Below are positions 29,101 to 32,000 of a stretch of DNA of 32,000 nucleotides, one piece after another. The stretch is from assembly GCA_000008885.1 (NCBI GenBank), contig BA000021.3, positions 570,001 through 602,000 on the forward strand, read 5' to 3'. Source of the DNA: Wigglesworthia glossinidia endosymbiont of Glossina brevipalpis (GTDB lineage Bacteria; Pseudomonadota; Gammaproteobacteria; Enterobacterales; Enterobacteriaceae). Under the pieces are notes generated by a model that made no database searches, was not told where the DNA came from, and worked only from the letters and a program-made list of their open reading frames with translations. Position numbers and translations under genes: made by a program. How positions within the stretch are numbered: the first letter of the stretch is position 1; every line of letters starts with the position of its first letter.

Positions 29101-32000
29101 ATGGTTTATTCTTATACGGAAAGAAAAAGAATTAGGAAAGACTTTGGAAAACGTCCGCAAGTTTTAGATATACCATATTTACTTGCTATACAAATTAATT
29201 CATTTAAAAAATTTATAGAAAAAGATCCAGAAGGTTTGTATGGATTAGAAGCAGCATTTAAATCCATTTTTCCTATTAAAAGTTATAGTGGAAATGCAGA
29301 ATTAAAATATATAAGTTATAGACTTGGATGTTCTGTTTTTAATGTAAAAGAATGCCAAACAAGAGGAACAACTTTTTCTGCTCCTTTAAGAGTAATATTA
29401 CAATTAATAATTTATTGCGATGAATCAAAACATGTTGTAAAAAATATTAAAGAACAAGAAGTATATATGGGAGAAATTCCATTAATGACAGATAATGGAA
29501 CATTTATAATAAATGGAACAGAAAGAGTTGTAGTTTCTCAATTGCATCGTAGTCCAGGTGTATTTTTTGACAGTGATAAGGGTAAAACCCACTCTTCTGG
29601 AAAGGTATTGTATAATGCAAGAATTATCCCATATAGAGGATCTTGGTTAGATTTTGAATTTGATGCAAAAGATCATTTATTTATTAGAATTGATAGAAGA
29701 AGAAAATTACCTGTAACAGTTCTTTTAAAAGCGTTAAATTTTAGTGATGGTGAAATTTTAAATATATTTTTTGAAAAGGTTAATTTTTTTATTAGAAAAA
29801 AAAATTTATTAATGGAATTGATACCAAAAAGATTAAGAGGAGAAACAGCTCTATTTGATATATGTGAAAATGGAATAACATATATAAAAAAGGGTCGTAG
29901 AATAACTGCAAAACATATTAGAAATCTAGAAAATGATAAAATATCTCAAATAACAGTTCCATTTGAATATATTATAGGAAAAGTTTCTGCTAAAAATTAT
30001 TTTGACAAAAAAACAGAAAAACCAATTATTACAGCGAATACAGAACTTACTGTAGACTTAATGCTTAATTTATTTAAATCTGGATATAAAAGCATCGAGA
30101 CTTTGTTTACAAATGATTTAGATCATGGATCATATATCTCAGAAACATTAAGAATTGATTCTACTACAGATAAAACTAGTGCTTTAATAGAAATATATCG
30201 TATGATGAGACCAGGAGAGCCTCCTACTAAAGAGGCTGCAGAAAATTTATTTTATAATTTATTCTTCTCAGAAGATAGATATGATTTGTCTTCTGTAGGA
30301 AGAATGAAATTTAACAAATCTTTATCAATAAATTCATCTGAAGGTTCAAGTTTATTGGATAAATTTGATATCATAGAAGTAACAAAAAAATTGATAGATA
30401 TAAGAAATGGTAAAGGAGACGTAGATGACATTGATCATCTAGGAAATAGAAGAATTAGATCAGTAGGAGAGATGGCTGAGAATCAATTCAGAATAGGATT
30501 AGTTAGAGTGGAACGTGCAGTTAAAGAAAGGTTATCTTTAGGAGATCTAGATACAATAATGCCACAAGACATGATTAATGCTAAGCCCATTTCAGCTGCA
30601 GTAAAAGAATTCTTTGGATCTAGTCAATTGTCACAATTCATGGATCAAAATAATCCATTATCAGAAATTACTCATAAACGTCGAATATCGGCTCTAGGTC
30701 CTGGAGGATTAACTAGAGAAAGAGCTGGTTTTGAAGTAAGAGATGTGCATCCTACACATTATGGTAGAGTATGTCCAATAGAAACTCCAGAAGGTCCAAA
30801 TATTGGATTAATCAATTCTCTATCTGTTTATGCTAGAACAAATGAATATGGTTTTTTAGAAACTCCATACAGATGTGTTTTAAATGGAATAGTGACTAAC
30901 AATATACATTATCTATCTGCGATAGAAGAAGGAAAATTTATTATAGCTCAAGCAAATACTAACTTGGATAAAAATGGATATTTTATAAATGAATTTGTTA
31001 CTTGTAGAAACAAAGGAGAATCAAGTTTATTCAACAGAAATCAAGTAAATTATATGGATGTATCTACTCAACAAATAGTTTCAGTTGGAGCATCTTTAAT
31101 TCCTTTTTTAGAACATGATGATGCAAATAGAGCTTTAATGGGAGCTAATATGCAAAGACAAGCAGTTCCAACTTTAATGACAGAAAAACCATTGATAGGA
31201 ACTGGTATGGAAAGAGCAGTAGCAGTAGATTCTGGTGTAACTGCAGTAGCAAAAAGAGGGGGAATAGTTCAATTTTTAGATTCATCCAAAATAATAATAA
31301 AGGTCAACCAAGAAGAAATAATAAAAGAAAAAATAGGGATAGATATTTACCATTTAACAAAATATGTTAGATCAAATCAAAATACATGCATAAATCAAAC
31401 ACCTTGTGTATGCTTAAATGATGTAGTAGAACGTGGAGACGTTTTAGCAGACGGTCCATCTACTGATTTAGGAGAGCTAGCCTTAGGTCAAAATATGAGA
31501 ATAGCATTTATGCCGTGGAATGGATATAATTTTGAAGATTCTATGTTAGTTTCCGAAAAAGTTGTTCATGAAGATAGATTTACAACAATACATATTCAAG
31601 AATTAGCCTGTATGTCTAGAGATACCAAATTAGGATCAGAAGAAATAACCTCAGATATTCCAAATGTAAGTGAAACTTCTTTGTTGAAATTAGATGAATC
31701 TGGAATTGTTTATATTGGAGCAGAAGTAAAAGGAGGAGATATATTGGTAGGAAAAGTTACTCCTAAAGGCGAAACTCAATTAACTCCAGAAGAAAAATTA
31801 TTACGAGCTATTTTTGGAGAAAAAGCTTCAGATGTAAAAGACTCATCATTAAGAGTCCCAAATGGAGTTTCAGGAACAGTTATAGATGTAGAAATATTCA
31901 CTAGAGATGGAGTTAAAAAAGATAAAAGAGCTTTAGAGATTGAGTATATGCAAATCAAAGAAGCAAAAAAAGATATATATGAAGAACTAGAAATTTTTAA
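29101..32000 (+). CDS. rpoB: DNA-directed RNA polymerase beta subunit, N-terminal ~966 codons. The gene continues past the window end and is not in the supplied ORF track.
   Basis: I hand-translated from the ATG at 29101: [28 protein letters not shown]... The frame stays open to base 32000. It contains the near-invariant blocks [82 protein letters not shown] and [23 protein letters not shown]. Confidence 0.98.
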   Translation, partial: MVYSYTERKRIRKDFGKRPQVLDIPYLLAIQINSFKKFIEKDPEGLYGLEAAFKSIFPIKSYSGNAELKYISYRLGCSVFNVKECQTRGTTFSAPLRVILQLIIYCDESKHVVKNIKEQEVYMGEIPLMTDNGTFIINGTERVVVSQLHRSPGVFFDSDKGKTHSSGKVLYNARIIPYRGSWLDFEFDAKDHLFIRIDRRRKLPVTVLLKALNFSDGEILNIFFEKVNFFIRKKNLLMELIPKRLRGETALFDICENGITYIKKGRRITAKHIRNLENDKISQITVPFEYIIGKVSAKNYFDKKTEKPIITANTELTVDLMLNLFKSGYKSIETLFTNDLDHGSYISETLRIDSTTDKTSALIEIYRMMRPGEPPTKEAAENLFYNLFFSEDRYDLSSVGRMKFNKSLSINSSEGSSLLDKFDIIEVTKKLIDIRNGKGDVDDIDHLGNRRIRSVGEMAENQFRIGLVRVERAVKERLSLGDLDTIMPQDMINAKPISAAVKEFFGSSQLSQFMDQNNPLSEITHKRRISALGPGGLTRERAGFEVRDVHPTHYGRVCPIETPEGPNIGLINSLSVYARTNEYGFLETPYRCVLNGIVTNNIHYLSAIEEGKFIIAQANTNLDKNGYFINEFVTCRNKGESSLFNRNQVNYMDVSTQQIVSVGASLIPFLEHDDANRALMGANMQRQAVPTLMTEKPLIGTGMERAVAVDSGVTAVAKRGGIVQFLDSSKIIIKVNQEEIIKEKIGIDIYHLTKYVRSNQNTCINQTPCVCLNDVVERGDVLADGPSTDLGELALGQNMRIAFMPWNGYNFEDSMLVSEKVVHEDRFTTIHIQELACMSRDTKLGSEEITSDIPNVSETSLLKLDESGIVYIGAEVKGGDILVGKVTPKGETQLTPEEKLLRAIFGEKASDVKDSSLRVPNGVSGTVIDVEIFTRDGVKKDKRALEIEYMQIKEAKKDIYEELEIF

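Overview
This is an extremely AT-rich, gene-dense, enterobacterial-type core-genome segment from a strongly reduced obligate endosymbiont. My best guess is a Wigglesworthia-like insect symbiont, because thiCEFSGH, purHD, hemE, birA and coaA are all retained next to E. coli-like tufB-secE-nusG-rplKAJL-rpoB synteny. I cannot verify that without a database search. I support 31 protein-coding genes, counting an rpoB that runs off the 3' edge and is absent from the ORF track, plus 4 tRNA genes and 2 GC-containing intrinsic terminators. Nearly every ORF of 150 aa or more matches a well-known E. coli housekeeping protein through diagnostic motifs. All short ORFs antisense to these genes look like shadow ORFs. 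I see no mobile elements, CRISPR, toxin-antitoxin, defence or other accessory systems, and I do not find a novel multi-gene system here. The most interesting item is thiF. It is interrupted by a single in-frame TGA exactly where E. coli ThiF has a conserved Trp, and 85 well-conserved codons follow, including both CxxC zinc motifs. Secondary oddities are listed below.
- birA lacks the whole C-terminal domain but keeps the N-terminal wHTH domain.
- No TPP riboswitch is recognisable upstream of thiC.
- The E. coli rrnB-rrnE interval is present as a block permutation, with the purH|murB junction falling where rrn operons sit.
- hspQ is unusually conserved.
- None of the tRNA genes encodes CCA.
- The flexible linkers of L7/L12 and SSB have been rewritten by base composition.
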